Part shown: piece after piece, positions 25,400-38,899 of the stretch
Layout of the letters: every line of letters starts with the position of its first letter
Position numbering within the stretch: the first letter of the stretch is position 1
Assembly: GCA_951406725.2 (NCBI GenBank)
Contig: OX597825.1
Location: 54,684,001 to 54,748,000, forward strand
Reading direction: 5' to 3'
From: Octopus vulgaris
Taxonomy: Eukaryota
DNA length: 64,000 nt
The notes under the pieces: model-generated
The model's input: only the letters and a program-made list of their open reading frames with translations
Told to the model about the DNA's origin: nothing
Databases searched by the model: none
Made by a program: the position numbers and the translations under genes

Positions 25400-26250
25400 G
25401 AAGCTTCAAAAACCCCACACAACCACAAGCAAAGATATGCCTGAACAGTGTGTCATCTGAGACGAGAAAGACAATCTGGAGCGGTGGGAGCTGTATGCCT
25501 TAAGGAAAAAGGCGCTCAAAAATAACAAAGAATACTTGCTCATCTGAGACGTAAATGTTCTTATAGCTTCCTGTTTAGGAAAACGTAAGGTGATATTAAA
25601 CAATATGACTTCAGAGATAAGGGACAATTATTTTAGAATTATCTTAGCTGACTACGGAGAGATTGTGAATAAGATACCCCCACCCCCGCCGTTCCCAACA
25701 CACAAAAACCGGACTGAATTAAAATCGTGGTTCAGATGCGGTTCACACCAGAAAATTTACAAACATTTACAAACTCATTCACCTAAAGATTGGGGACTCC
25801 GTAAGAGATGTGTGGAGCAACCACAATGGGTCTTCCAGATCGTACTTAGAGTATCCGTCAAGTTAGCTGAAAGATAGTTTGCTACACAGATCACAAATGT
25901 TAGATTTTCGTAGTCATGGCCAGAGTCCCGGCTACTCGAAGTTGAACGGGTTTTTTCTCTGACGCGAGAGACCGGATTAGCGAGCTATCCAAGCGGTATT
26001 TGACAGGGGCAATAGTGAACAACAGGGGGAACTTTGAAGAGGGCAATTAAATATGAGTCAATACTGTTTAATAAAGAACTAATGATAGATTTGAGGAGAA
26101 TCAAGTTAATAGCAGCTGGTATGCTATCGGCAAAAATGGCCCTCGACCATTTCTTCTACGCGAAACGCTGCATTGTCAGAGCTAGGGCTCGAACGCTAAA
26201 ACAAGAATGAACGAAGGCCGTTCGATGGGAATAGGTGCTTTCCTTCATGA
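25400..26250 (+). mobile_element. Further L1/Tx1-type fragment in + orientation
   Basis: 26168-26230 reads CIVRARARTLKQE*TKAVRW, homologous to CVVRAKARALRRERTKAV on the minus strand at about 23210-23270. Confidence 0.5.
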
Positions 26251-26530
26251 GAGATAGTCTCTCTTTCATAAGAAATTGTTGCTTCATTTCATGTGATGTA
26301 CTCCTATGCTCGCACATTTTATTGCCTTTCTGTTGGTTTCTTTGGTGTTTTATCGTTTTTTAACAAATTTGCTAGACTCTTTCAGCCTTTGTTTGTTCCC
26401 AAACTCATAAGTGGAATAGATTGTGCTGTTGTGAGGGAGAGACTTTCTGGTGATTTAGATCTTAATATACTGTGTAACAGAATTTTTATTTATTCATCTC
26501 TCTATTTATTTTTGTCTTTGGTCAGTAAGT

Positions 26531-26934
26531 GTTATTTCCTATTTGCTTCTATCTAGAAATCAAGGAAAATGGCTTCTATTCTCTTCAAACTTTGCCTTTG
26601 TAACCTGGACATCAATGTTTTGAAACAGACCTATTTCCCATTACATTCTATACAAATCCAGTGCTGAGTTGCCGAAGCAGAAATCACGTTATAGCATATG
26701 TTCTGCTCAATACCACAGATTTACTTGTCAATTGCTTGACCTTAATCACTTGAGCACATCTCTTAGTGGCTGACAATATGTGCATCTCTGATCATGAGCA
26801 GGAGTAGCGGAGATGCATCACAGCCATGTGTTGAGAGGGATTCTTTGGGGTTTGAATAAATGTAACAAAGGCAAAGATTGAAGGAAATATTAGCCATTTT
26901 TCATACTTTTTAGGGGTAAGCAAATAGGAAAAAC
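26531..26934. mobile_element. MITE-like element with ~75-bp inverted ends enclosing a LINE 3'-end fragment
   Basis: TTTCCTATTTGCTT...AAAATGGC...TTCAAACTTTGCCTTTGT (26531-26604) pairs with ACAAAGGCAAAGATTGAA...GCCATTTT...AAGCAAATAGGAAA (26861-26934). Internal 26698-26858 matches 28935-29090. Confidence 0.65.
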
Positions 26935-28021
26935 AGTTGCTACCCAAGGACAAAAATCTTGTAACACAGTGTTATTGGTGTTGCTGTAGATGATTTTCAT
27001 GGTGACTCGGTTGAAGCAGGGGCGGGAACGGGATCTTAAGGCTTAGGTCCTGACAATTAGAACAAGGCAATTTCATTTGATGTTTCTTGTGCCCCCAAAC
27101 TCTATGATTATTAGTGCTGTAGTGTTCTCCCTTTAAAAGTTCTGTTTAGAAAACCCTTAAACGGATTTACTGTTACAAATGTAGCAGCTGGATCTATTTC
27201 TCTTAATATTTGGTTTAAAGGCCTTCCTCTCTGCACCCTTTACAGGGTACACCTCCATTAATTTGTTTGTAGTCTTGCAGCATCATGAAAATATATATGT
27301 TTATAGTAACACTATCAGCCCATCGAAAATTACATTTGCATTTCCACGAAAGTGACTAATTGTCAGGGTCAACATCGGTACCAATATCCCTAATATCACC
27401 CTTATGCTCATCCTTTCCAAATACTACGGATCCAGGTTACCAATTTGATGCACTTTAGTCTGTTCTCTATTTTAAATATGATACATAAGGTGCCATACAC
27501 ACTCCCTCTCTCAGTGAAGGAAAATTCATTACATGTGTTTGAAAGGCCTATATCCAGCTCATGTTTGAATGGAACAAGAAAAGCCATTTGATGTTGACAA
27601 AGCATACGAAGGCTGCTTTTTAGTTCTGGTACACCTCTGCGATGGATTATGGCTGGCTGGTACCTGTCTTGGGAACGAAATGCTACCGATCATTTTTCGT
27701 TTAGAAGAATGTTACATATCTCATGGGATGTCTTTTATTATTCAAAACAATGTTTACAAAAGAAAGTGTTTTAGTTTCCACATTTTCAATTAACGAAGCA
27801 CATCTATATCTGCTATTGTCTTTGCGGAGATATTAATTTTTATTGAATTTTTTTGCCATATGTTTTTGTGTTCATTAATACTTTATTTTACATTTTGTTT
27901 CCTTTTTTTATTTCTATTGTTATTTTGCATTTTTGCGGTTTTTTATTGATCTTCCAATTACACTTGAAAAAAATCGACAAAATTTATAGCAAAATATTTT
28001 AGCATCTAAACGATTCAGTTG

Positions 28022-28023
<2 letters not shown>

Positions 28024-28109
<86 letters not shown>

Positions 28110-28349
28110 CAACAATAATAATAATAATAAAGGTATCAAATTTTGCCACAAGTACAGCAGTTTTGTGGAGAGAGGACGAGTCGATTATATGGCACTTATT
28201 TTATCGACCCCGAAAAGATGAAAGGTAAAGTCGACCACGGCAGAATTTGAACTCACAACGTAGAGACGGGCGAGATACCGCTAAGCATTTCGTCCGGCGC
28301 GCTAACGATTCTACCAGCTCACCGCCTAATAATGATGATGATGATAATA

Positions 28350-28419
<70 letters not shown>

Positions 28420-28809
28420 TTTCTACTGGAAGCACAAGGCCTCAAATTTTGGGAAAGGGATTGCGTCGATTACATATATCCCAGTGCGTAACTGATTCTT
28501 ATTTAATTGACTCCGAAGGATGAAAGGCAAAGTCGACCTTGGCGGAATTCGAACTCAGACTGTAGGGGTAGACGAAATACCTATTTCTTTACTACCCACA
28601 AGGGGCTAAACACAGAGACAGACAAGGACAGACAGACGGATTCAGTCGATTATATCAACCCCAGTGCGTAAATGGTACTTAATTTATCGGCCCCGAAAGG
28701 ATGAAAGGCATAGTCGACCTCGGCGGAATTTGAACTCGGAACGTAACGGCAGACGAAATACGGCTACGCATTTCGCCCGGCGTGCAAACTTTTCTGCCAG
28801 CTCGCAGCC
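28024..28809 (-). mobile_element. Three SINE family A copies (about 28131-28326, 28430-28580, 28580-28809) embedded in (AAT)n tracts
   Basis: Reverse complement of family A: CCCCGAAAGGATGAAAGGC.AAGTCGACCTCGGCGGAATTTGAACTC...CTGCCAGCTCGC. Confidence 0.88.
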
Positions 28810-28834
28810 TTATGATGATGATAATAGTAATAAT

Positions 28835-29370
28835 TTCCTGATGCAGTGGCTCTCATGCTTTCTTATCTTAACTGATTGGAAATGTTAACATGTACATTAT
28901 TTTGTCTTGGTATAAAAGATAGGCTACAGCAAATATTCTGCTCAATACCACATATTTGCTAGTCAATTGTTTGGCCTTAACTAGTTGAGTATCTCCCTTA
29001 GTGGCTGACGATATGTGCATCTCTGATCACGAGCAGAAGTAGTGGGGGAGCATCATAGTCATGTGTTGTGAGAAATTCTTGGGGTTTCGATCATTCACGT
29101 TTGGAAATATGGGTGGTTCGTTCAACATCCTTGAACAACCCTTATTCAGTGACCTTTTGAGTGAGATGGTCTACTCGACCTAAAGAAATTTCTAACTGGG
29201 CCCCACCTGCAAGATCAATCGCTGTTTATCTTGATATGAGATCACCATGTCACGCACATATTATTGTGATGCATGTGCCTGGTGTACCCTTATCAGACGT
29301 GTATTCATAATGAGTATACTGGGCTTTGTATATTTTACCTCAATGTCACTTTGATGACATGCACTGCTAT
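28835..29370 (-). mobile_element. 3' region of a LINE (RTE-like, recalled)
   Basis: TTCTGCTCAATACCAC...CTTAGTGGCTGAC.ATATGTGCATCTCTGATCA.GAGCAG is also present at 26700-26850. Clade assignment is from memory and unverified. Confidence 0.5.
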
Positions 29371-29419
29371 AGGTACAACGCCTGATGGCATGCACTGCTA
29401 TAGTACAGGTCTTGTACTA

Positions 29420-30275
29420 TAGGTACAAGGCCTGAAATTTGGGGGAGGGGATAGTCGACTACATCGACTCCAGTACTCAACTGGTACTTAATTTATCTAC
29501 CCCGAAACGATGAAAAGTAAAGTCAACTGCGGTGGAAGTTGAACTCACAACGAAATACCTCTAAGCATTTCGTCCAGTGTGCTAACGATTCTGCCAGCTC
29601 GCTCCCTAATAATGAGAAGAAGAAGTAAAAGAAGAAGAAGAAGAAGAAGAAGAAGAAGAAGAAGAAGAAGAAGAAGAAGAAGAAGAAGAAGAAGAAGAAG
29701 AAGAAGAAGAAGAAGAAGAAGAAGAAGAAGAAGAAGAAGAAGAAGAAGATGAAGAAGAAGAAGAAGAAGAAGAAGAAGAAGAAGAAGAAGAAGAAGAAGA
29801 AGAAGAAGAAGAAGAAGAAGAAGAAGAAGAAGAAGAAGAAGAAGAAGAAGAAGAAGAAGAAGAAGAATGGCTTCAAATTTTGGCACAGGGCCAGGAATTT
29901 CAGGGAAGTAGGGTAAGTCGATTACATTGACCCCAGTGATCAGCTGGTATTTATTTTATCGACTCCGAAAAGCTGAAGGGTAGAATCGACCTCGGCGGGA
30001 TTTTAAGTCAAAACGTAAAGACGGACGAAATGCTAAGAACTTTGCTCGGCGTGCTAACGATTCTGTCAGCAATAATAATAATTCTTTTTACTATAGGCAC
30101 AAATCCTGAAATTTTGTAGGAGGGGGCTAGTTGATTTCATCAATCCCAGAACTAAATGGATTCCTATTTTACCTATTCCGAAAGGATGAAAGACAAAATT
30201 TATCTCGATGAAATTTGAACTCAGAATGTAAAGACGGACGAAATTCTGCTAAGCAATTTGTTGGGTGTGCTAACC
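29420..30275 (-). mobile_element. Three SINE family A copies (about 29420-29607, 29868-30070, 30092-30275)
   Basis: Reverse-complement family A motifs, separated by (GAA)n and (AAT)n. Confidence 0.85.
29615..29866. repeat. (GAA)n microsatellite, ~250 bp
   Basis: Directly visible, nearly pure. Confidence 0.97.
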
Positions 30276-30299
30276 ATTAAAAGGTTCACAAAAACAATG

Positions 30300-32200
30300 T
30301 GGAATTATATTTTGGAGCGTGTAAAATTGGATTAATTCCCTAGGAAGAGGAAGACTTCCTAAAGCTACTCATGGAAAGCCAACAAATCCCCTGTTTCCCT
30401 GAGCACTAGGGCATGTGCCTTCTACTCATCCTCTTTCTTCAGTGTATAGGCGCACGCTTAGAGTAAGCCCGTTCACTCGGAATATTCTTGCCAAATTCAC
30501 CCATCATTCAATAAATTTGCTGGAAAAAGAGAACTTTCCTCTCCAGCCTCAGTTTTCTTTTTCCAAGGAGGAATGTGTTAAACTTCAGCCATTTCAATCC
30601 TGTCCACCAGACAACGTCTTTCGTTAAGACCACCAGACGGATAAACGCTGCATGACCTTCTCCGCTTAGAAGGCGGCAGGATAATCTTTACAATGGACTC
30701 GATTGATAGCCGGATCCGTCCAACATGCAACAGCTAGTGTTTGACTTAAGCCCATTGGCACACTAATCAGCAATTCTTGGGCATTGGGCAAGTGCGTGCA
30801 GAAAAGTTTCGTCGCTCGGCGCGCATCTCTCATGGCCCCGACTGACAGCATTTGCATGCCTGTAGAGTTTATCTCGAATAGGGAACTCGCCCCAGTATCA
30901 TTGCTAGGCAACGAATTTTTTGAGATTATCCATGGATCTCAGCATGAAAATCCTTCGAAAAAGATCAGCTAGTTGATCCTTGTCGACGTCCAGGATCTCC
31001 CCAAGAACATCATCGCTTTTGTCTACCACTAAACCATTACACAGCGCCAATGCGGAACTTCCACTGTCCACATTGCTCGACTGACAGAGGACTGTGAGCG
31101 CCTGACAGTACTCTAGGTGCCAATGGTGACTACACCTGCTCACCACCAAGAACACGCTGAATGTGTCGTAACCTCAGCGTATGTCTGCGCTCGTTCCTCC
31201 ATTCAGTGAGTGTTGACAACAAATGGATCTCCTGACCAGTGGAACGTGCTCCATTCACAAAAAGCGGAAGCATATATGCTCCAGTCCCGTCAGACATGAA
31301 ATAGGAAAAGGCACGATGTTCAGGTGATAATATCTAATAGAGACTATGTTTGCATTCATCAGATCTGCCCAGCCCGTCATGATAGCTTTTTCTGTCCCCT
31401 CTGAAGGTGATCTTGGCCACCCTGCTCGTCACCTCGTCCCAGTTCTTCACCTGGAGATCTGGATCACAACAGATTCCGAGCAGAGTCTCTCGACATTATT
31501 AAACCGGATGGACCTACCTTTCCAGGTACCAAGATGCAGGCCAACTACCTTATAGTTAATTTATTCTCCTGTCACCGCGTCGTACTATTTTAGAGCAATG
31601 TTAATCAGGTCTATGAGCCTGGTGTTCGACACTATGACTGTAACGTCATATGCATATACCGACTCAGTTCCTGCCATCCAATTTATACGTGGGATGCACC
31701 TTCGTGGACCGAGCGGATGATACTCAATGGTTCCGATAGGTAACTGTTCCCCCAACTGTGGAAGAAGTCACTGAAATCGGCCGGCGTAAGGATAGCTACC
31801 AAGTATTGGTGCGCGACCTTATTGAAGAATTTTGACAGGTCCACATTAACCATGCCCCACCCCTTCCAGCTTCTTTACCCACACTCTCTATGATATATCA
31901 CACGTGATGGATAGAGCTGCTTGGGATGGTGCTTGTTTGTGCATCATCAATTAGACCATCAACGTCAAGCGCCCACGTCTTCGCTATCAACTTGGTCAAA
32001 ATGTCGAAATTTGTGTTTATAAGTTATGGACTTAAAGTTTTATATTTAACCACCCTTGATTGAGTCCTTTCTCAGCAGTGCTACTGCTCTTCGAGTCACA
32101 AAATTAGGAATTCTCTCGTTCTCCCGCCGCCACTTGTGCTTGATACCTGCCAAAAGGCCCCCAGTGAAGTTGGCATATAAAATTAAATCTTGTTGAGCGC
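30300..32200 (-). mobile_element. L1/Tx1-type LINE relic (RT and 3' region)
   Basis: Minus strand: GMVNVDLSKFFNKVAHQYL (D..KAFDRV region, ~31800-31860) and SVYAYDVTVIVS (degenerate YADD, ~31628-31665). Confidence 0.75.
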
Positions 32201-32319
32201 GCCATCCAAACCTGAAGATTTGCACACACATTACCACACACACGCGCAAGCATACACACAAGCACGCACACACACACACGCACACAAGCACACACACACA
32301 CACACACATACACAGTGTA

Positions 32320-34090
32320 TGGGTTTCTTTATGTGCGTTGTGGTGTTTGTTGGTGTGATGAAATTGTTGTAAGTGATATGTGTGTGGTTATTTATGTGCT
32401 CAATTAGAAGTCTGCTGTTTGTGTCTATGGTAAGGACATTTGTGAAACGTTGATATTGACGTGTTTGTTTTTGGTTTGTGAGCATGGTGGAGTTTGCCGG
32501 TGTTTGTACTGTTGGTTCATCTCAGATAACAGTAGCTGTGATGGTTGTGATTCTAATGATGGTGTTGGTAGTGTTGGTGTTGTCGTTGGAGATGGTGTTA
32601 GTATATTTTGTTATTGAGAGGCTCTATTCGTTTGAACCACCCTACATTTTTTATGGCATTCCTCTCTCTCTCTTTTCTTTACCTTTTGCCCTCCTTACTC
32701 ACACGACATGCCTGAGTTATCCTAGTTGGGGGAAGGGTATGTCTTAAGGGAGCATTGTCTTTCTACTTCGTTGTTGCTGTTTGGGAGCTCTCAGTAACTG
32801 TAGTCGGTGGTGTTGTGGTTGTTGTTGAGGGCAGTGTGTTTTTGTTGTTTTTGTTACAGTTGCTTCCATTGTTGGTGATTTTTGTGTCGTTGTTACTGTA
32901 GCTGTTACGTTGGTGATTACTGGCTTTAATGTTGCAATTGCTGTTCTTGTTGTAGCTGCTTCTGCCGTTGGTGCTGCTACTAAGTTCCTCGGTGTTTTTC
33001 TGTTGTGATGGTAGTGTGGGCAGAAATAGTAATCTTGTTTCTCACTTTTTGTTTTGGCCAAAAAATATTCAGGTGGTTTTTGTCGCCACACAAATGACAT
33101 CTCGGTTTCCTACCTTCAACGGCCGCATATAGTTGTGAACAAGTTGGTACACTAATCAGGTCCAGGATCAAATCCATCCCCTTGTTGTTCGTTTGTGTTA
33201 GCATTTCCATTTCTTGATTCGACTAATTCTATTTCTGCAGCCTCTGTATCTGCAGAATATTGGTGATCTTTTCTTTGCCAAAGAAAATCGTCGCCACTAA
33301 CCGATTTCCTCAATTCTCAGGATGTTAACTAGACTGATATGAGTAGCAGTTCCTCAATCCTTAGTGTTGTCATAAAGTGTTTTCTGGCCTCTTCTTCTGT
33401 TGGAAATCTCTTCACGACTAAGTCATACTTTCTTCTTGTAATGTATGTTTTGATACTCCAGGCAGATCTAAAACATTTTTCTGTTTCTTGTTCGCCGTCT
33501 CTTCTATTTTCTTGACTTTTATTCCTATTGTTTTATGTGATTGTTTTCGATTTTATATTCTATTGGACGGAGACGAGGATATCTCTCGTCCTTTTTGTTT
33601 TTATATGATTAGCTTCTTTCAATTCGTCCGCCGAAATTGTGATTTCTTCTTGCACTCAGCCAGCAGTATTAACGAAGACGGTGACGTATCTTCTTTCCTT
33701 CTGTCAGTGAGGAAATTTCCGGTGTGTTGGTCAGATAGTTTAGATTTGTGTTCATGTCTTCTTTTACATTTTCTTTATTCTTGTATTTGTAACTGTTGTT
33801 GTCTTTATGTATTTTTTTCATTTGCCTTGTTGTTGCTATTGTCGTTGTTGCCCTTGCTCTTGTCATCGTCATCATCGTCATCTTGTTGTTCGTGTTGTTT
33901 CGGTCGGCACTGGCTATGGCAGCGCTGGCGGTGTTCGTTTGTGTTAACTGTAAGAAAGCTGTCTGTCGAAAAATTAGACGCCATGTTTCGTTTGTATTTA
34001 AAATATTGTATATTTTGTTAGTGAAATACAAATTGTGAACTCGAAGGGCTGAAATTAAATGAAAATAACTTCACACAAGTTTTCTAGTTG
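32320..34090 (-). mobile_element. LINE ORF1-like relic with a zinc knuckle
   Basis: ORF 32980-33210 contains VEGRKPRCHLCGDKNHL (Cx2Cx4H; last Cys lost), followed by a Thr-rich tail typical of gag-like ORF1. Confidence 0.55.
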
Positions 34091-34200
34091 ACTGACTAAC
34101 AATATGGTACAACAAAAAAATATGAGTACACCCTTTGTAACAGCAAAAGTTTAACAGGTACCTGCAGTTTTCGACCATGTGTCTTTACTTTTCACGTACA

Positions 34201-34290
<90 letters not shown>

Positions 34291-34293
<3 letters not shown>

Positions 34294-34491
34294 TTTGGCA
34301 CAAGGCTAACAATTTCGAGGGAGCCGTTAAGCCAATTACATTTACCCCAGTGTCCAACTGGTACTTATTTTACCGACCCCGAAAGGATCAAAGGCAAAGT
34401 CGACCCCGGTGGCATTTGAAGTCAGAATGTAAAGACGGGCGAAATGCTGCAAAGCATTCTGCCCATCGGACTAACTATTCTGCCAACTCGC

Positions 34492-34492
<1 letters not shown>
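34291..34492 (-). mobile_element. SINE family A copy flanked by (AAT)n and (AGT)n(AGA)n
   Basis: TTTGGCACAAGGC...CTGGTACTTATTTTACCGACCCCGAAAGGATCAAAGGCAAAGTCGACC...CTGCCAACTCGC. Confidence 0.85.
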
Positions 34493-34494
<2 letters not shown>

Positions 34495-34559
<65 letters not shown>

Positions 34560-34655
34560 AAGAAGAAGAAGAAGAAGAAGAAGAAGAAGAAGAAGAAGAA
34601 GAAGAAGAAGAAGAAGAAGAAGAAGAAGAAGAAGAAGAAGAAGAAGAAGAAGAAG
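34495..34655. repeat. Compound (AGT)n(AGA)n microsatellite
   Basis: Directly visible. Confidence 0.97.
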
Positions 34656-35507
34656 ATATAGATGTGACTCATCAATGGTTGACTGCATATGGACTTAAAC
34701 AGAGGACTTCATGAGAGCCACCCTGGATCAATGTCTGCCCATCAGAAACTATCAGGCAAGCGTCCTTAAAAATGGTGCACACCCTACCTGCTGCTTTTGT
34801 GGTGCAACCAAGGAAACAATTGAGCACCTTATTTCTGGTAGCTCTACGCTGGACTCAAATGAATAAATTTTTCTCTATGATAGATTTGGTCAGTATATAT
34901 ACTAGCTCATATACCATAAGTTTGGACTGTCGTATGAGAACTGGTAAGAACATAAGCCTTGCAAAATAGTGGAACGTGCTATACGGTTCAATAAACAAGA
35001 TATTGTGGTAAAACAAATCACTTTGACAAAACATGTCTGCACATAGATGTGTCAATTCTGGCAGATTGCAACACTTCTGGAAAAAATAAGAAAATGTAAG
35101 GATATTGAAATAGAAGTCTCTCAAACATAACAACAGTTGTACGATAACAAAATGCATCAGAACTACAAAACATTTTTTCATGGGTACTAACCACATCCTA
35201 AGATAAACATTATGGACCTGAAAACACTTGATTCTCTTAAAACTCTATCAAAACTGAAATTTCAGATATACTATATCATTGGTAATCATAAATAACATCC
35301 ATAGTAAAACGTTCTACTTCCTGTAACTTGAAATCTCTGGGTGAAATCTGGAACTGCTCCTATAAAACAAAGCAACAATAGCGTAAATAGTAATAGTTTT
35401 AATTGGTTTTCCCATCTTCTATAAAATGAACAGTCAACTTGCTCGCTAGCAAATCACTTTCTTTTAAGATATTATATAATGAGGTCTGTTCTTTGTTTGC
35501 TTTTCAG

Positions 35508-35636
35508 GAATCGGACAACAAGGAGAAGTTTTAGTAATCCATAATGTCAGCCGATATTGTGATGATGTGTATGAATGTGTAGCCAAAAATGGTATTCCAC
35601 CCGTTGTTAGTCGAAAAATAAAAGTTTCCGTCGATT
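35508..35636 (+). CDS. Exon B of the Ig gene (C-terminal half of the same Ig domain)
   Basis: TTTTCAG acceptor (35501-35507); GTAAGT donor at 35637. Joins exon A in frame (A+GA=Arg): RIGQQGEVLVIHNVSRYCDDVYECVAKNGIPPVVSRKIKVSVD, with the DxxxYxC-type motif and lachesin-like YECVAxNGxPP. 129 nt, phase 1-1. Confidence 0.93.
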
Positions 35637-35759
35637 GTAAGTATGATTCTTTTTTACGTATCTTCGTTCATCAGTCCACGTGTATAATGATACTGGTATT
35701 TACAGGGACATGCCTACGCCGAGAAGTTTCCTTCTGTTCCACTAGATCTGGCATTTCTC

Positions 35760-35821
<62 letters not shown>

Positions 35822-37955
35822 TTTACCCAATGTGCCTCCTGCCTTGTTCAGACCACTAGTACCTTTATTGATGAATGGCACCATAAGGTCCAAGTAGATT
35901 TCTCTGCAGCAAGTCACTCTTATTATTCTACTTTAATGCTGGTGTCCTTAAAGAGAAACTGAAAGTATGTTTGCAGAGTTTGTGCTACCTACCACCCTAA
36001 AGTTTACACACAAACACACAGCCAACAACTCATTTGTCATCAATTCTGGCAATTTGGCCGACCCAGCAGAGCTGGGTGCTACAAGGAGAATGTGAAAGCG
36101 CTATAATACTACCCGGTTACAGACTTCAATATCTGAGATAATGTTCTGCAAATGAACTCGCCGTATGTTGCACCGATCTTTCGTGGTATGCCTAATTAAG
36201 TATATCGCAACTCACCGGTACCAGCTTGGTTTCGATGCTTGTCCTTGAAAATTATGTTGTTGACTTGAATATTCGACCTGAACAACTTCTGGGGACGTGA
36301 CACCAAGGAATATCAACCTTTGAGATTTAGCAGAGTCTGATCTTTAGACGCATCTTTGTATGCGCCGTATACTCCTTATGAAAGTCTACTTGATTGATTG
36401 GTTGGTTGGCTGGTACGCAGTTTTGGTAGCCTTGGTAATTATATTAAACCCGAGTAGCTGTGAACCAATATCTGTACTACTATATCAAAGATTCTGGTAC
36501 TCGATAAGAACATAGTCATCTGCAAACAACACCTCCAGTTGTTATGAACCAGGGCCTCCTCAAGTTGAAGAAACTACAGCCTCCGTCAGCAGTTGCACTG
36601 GCGAATTAGTGTATTATACCTGAACGTTTTCTTCTTGAGAAAAATATCATTTTTCACCTGCTCTACCACTCAATAAAATAGCACAGCCTTATTACAATAA
36701 CATAACTCATGTAATTATATTCTACACCTCACCTCCTAATCCCCTCCATATTGTCACGCACTAACCACTACATACAGTCCACAATGAACGTGGCTCTCAC
36801 TAGCTTTTCCGTTTTGTTATGCTTTCCTAACAACAGCTAACTTGAAAGCGTTAAAGGTCAATGTTAATGGTATTGAACCAGCCAGTCTTCCTGGGAACGT
36901 AGTGAACACACTACTTACTTCAGAACAAATCAATAAACAAGAAAAATGAGGATACTATTACATAATTCACGCAACATAATGTGCTCGTTCACCTAAAGCA
37001 GAAAAATACGACTTGCATATTCTACACAAACATTACAACTCACACATCACTGTGTAAATTGTAATGTTTGTATAGCGTACTTTATATTACAACAGTCACA
37101 TCACATGTTCTATACATCCCACCACCAACTCATATAACACAAGTCATATAGTACATAACGTGTGTTATCCAATGTTGTACAACACAGCTATCACTACAAA
37201 TATCTTACACAATCATCTCCCAAGTTCCTGTAACACCACTCACAATCCCTTTTCAATGATATAGCAAAACTCACACAACACACAATTTGTACAGTCACTT
37301 CACTGAGTATATTACACAATTCACATACGATATATTGTGATCATAGCCTGATAAAACAATAACGCAATGCACACTTCATAGATTCTACTCAATAACTTAC
37401 CAATACTATCGAATAATTTGTAAATTATATAAATTATAAAGAATTTCTTCGGAATACTTACATTTCCGATGGTACATATTATGCCCCATCACAACACAGT
37501 ATGATAACACAAAACACAAAGCACATAACAAAACAGAAAACACAAAGCACATGCTTCCACACATTCACCTCCCAGTTCTAAATGAATAAAATATATACAT
37601 GTATATTTTGGTTATGTATTGAGGTCATTTCCCTAGAAATGTTTGGCATTTTGCCAACGTAAATCATAAATTTAAGGCAACTGATGCAGTATATGTTTCT
37701 AAGTTATCAAAGAAAGGCCTGTTCAGATTCTCACAAAATGGTGGGATTTATGCTGCCGATTACCTGTTCATTGTATCCAGGAAAGTCTTTAGTGAAGAAA
37801 GAACCGTTTGTCTGATGTGGATGCTTGCAACACAATGAACCCCACTAAATTCATCGAAGGACCAGTTGATAGTGCTGAACTTGTTAGTATAATCTTTTAA
37901 CGTGATTCATAGTGTTTACATTGTTTGAAACTTCCGTTGTATCCTTTTTTTCCAG

Positions 37956-38243
37956 TTGCACCAGAGGTACAGTTACGGAATAAACGAATTGGTCAAGTTA
38001 GTGGGCGAGAAACTATTTTAGATTGTCGAATTACTGCTTCACCGCAGGGTGTGACAGTATGGATGCGAAACGGAAAAGAACTTTTTAACAATGAAAAATA
38101 CAGCATTGAAGTTTTTAATGAAGGAGGACATACTATAACTCTAAGTCTACGAATAACTCAAATTAAGGCAAGTGATTTTGGAGAATATACTTGTCTAGCA
38201 TCGAATCACCTCGGAAGAGACAGAGAGACGATGGTACTTTACG
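37956..38243 (+). CDS. Exon C of the Ig gene (one complete Ig domain)
   Basis: TTTTTTTCCAG acceptor ending at 37955; GTATGT donor at 38244. T+TT=Phe, then APEVQLRNKRIGQVSGRETILDCRITASPQGVTVWMRNG...SDFGEYTCLASNHLGRDRETMVLY, resembling the third Ig domain of lachesin/DIP proteins. 288 nt, phase 1-1. Confidence 0.94.
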
Positions 38244-38296
38244 GTATGTTGGAGCACTTTGCTTATTGTTATCGTTAATATTATTGCGGTTGCTAA

Positions 38297-38512
38297 GGCA
38301 GCGAACTTGCTGAATCGCTAGGACGCCGGATAAAATGCTTAGCGGCATTTAGTCCGTCTTAACATTAATGGTTCGAATTCCGCCGAGGTCGACTTTGCCT
38401 TTCATCCTTTCGGGGTCGATAAAATAAGTACCAGTGAAAATCTGGGGTCGATGTAGTCGACTTACCCCTCCCCTAAATTTGCTGGCCTTGTGCCAAAATT
38501 TGAAGCCATTAT
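38297..38512 (+). mobile_element. SINE family A copy about 50 nt downstream of the exon C donor
   Basis: GGCAGCGAACTTGCTGAATCG...CCGCCGAGGTCGACTTTGCCTTTCATCCTTTCGGGGTCGATAAAATAAGTACCAG...GGCCTTGTGCCAAAATTTGAAGCCATTATT. Confidence 0.88.
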
Positions 38513-38899
38513 TAATGCAGTTGCTGTTTTTGTCGTTATTGTTTTTATTTAGTTATTATGTTTTCATCATTTTCATAGCATCAAATGTGTTTAAACTTTT
38601 TATAATATATAATAACTGCCATTTAAATATATAATAACTGCCAACAATAGTCTAGTTGTATTTAAAGAGACGAGAGATGTAACTGGAAAGACCAGATACT
38701 TTACAGTTCACATTAATAATAGACGTCGAAAGTATATAGAATATATTTACTCGTTAATCGAAGAGCCCAGAAGTGGGTAACTTTAGATATATAACTTAAA
38801 AGCCAGAAAGAAAAGAGAGTGATATTTTAAGAAGAAAGTAAGTTAAATTTTCAGTTTAATTTTTCAATGATAACTTATAGCTGGTTGAAGTTACATTTT

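Noticed and set aside
26371-26415. Hammerhead-like CTTATGA...GAAAGAGTC on the minus strand
   Set aside because: Core mutated and stems I and III do not pair; too weak to call.
27000-27990. Transposase relic suggested by a minus-strand NVIFDG motif
   Set aside because: Single short motif, no TIRs or further conserved residues recognised.
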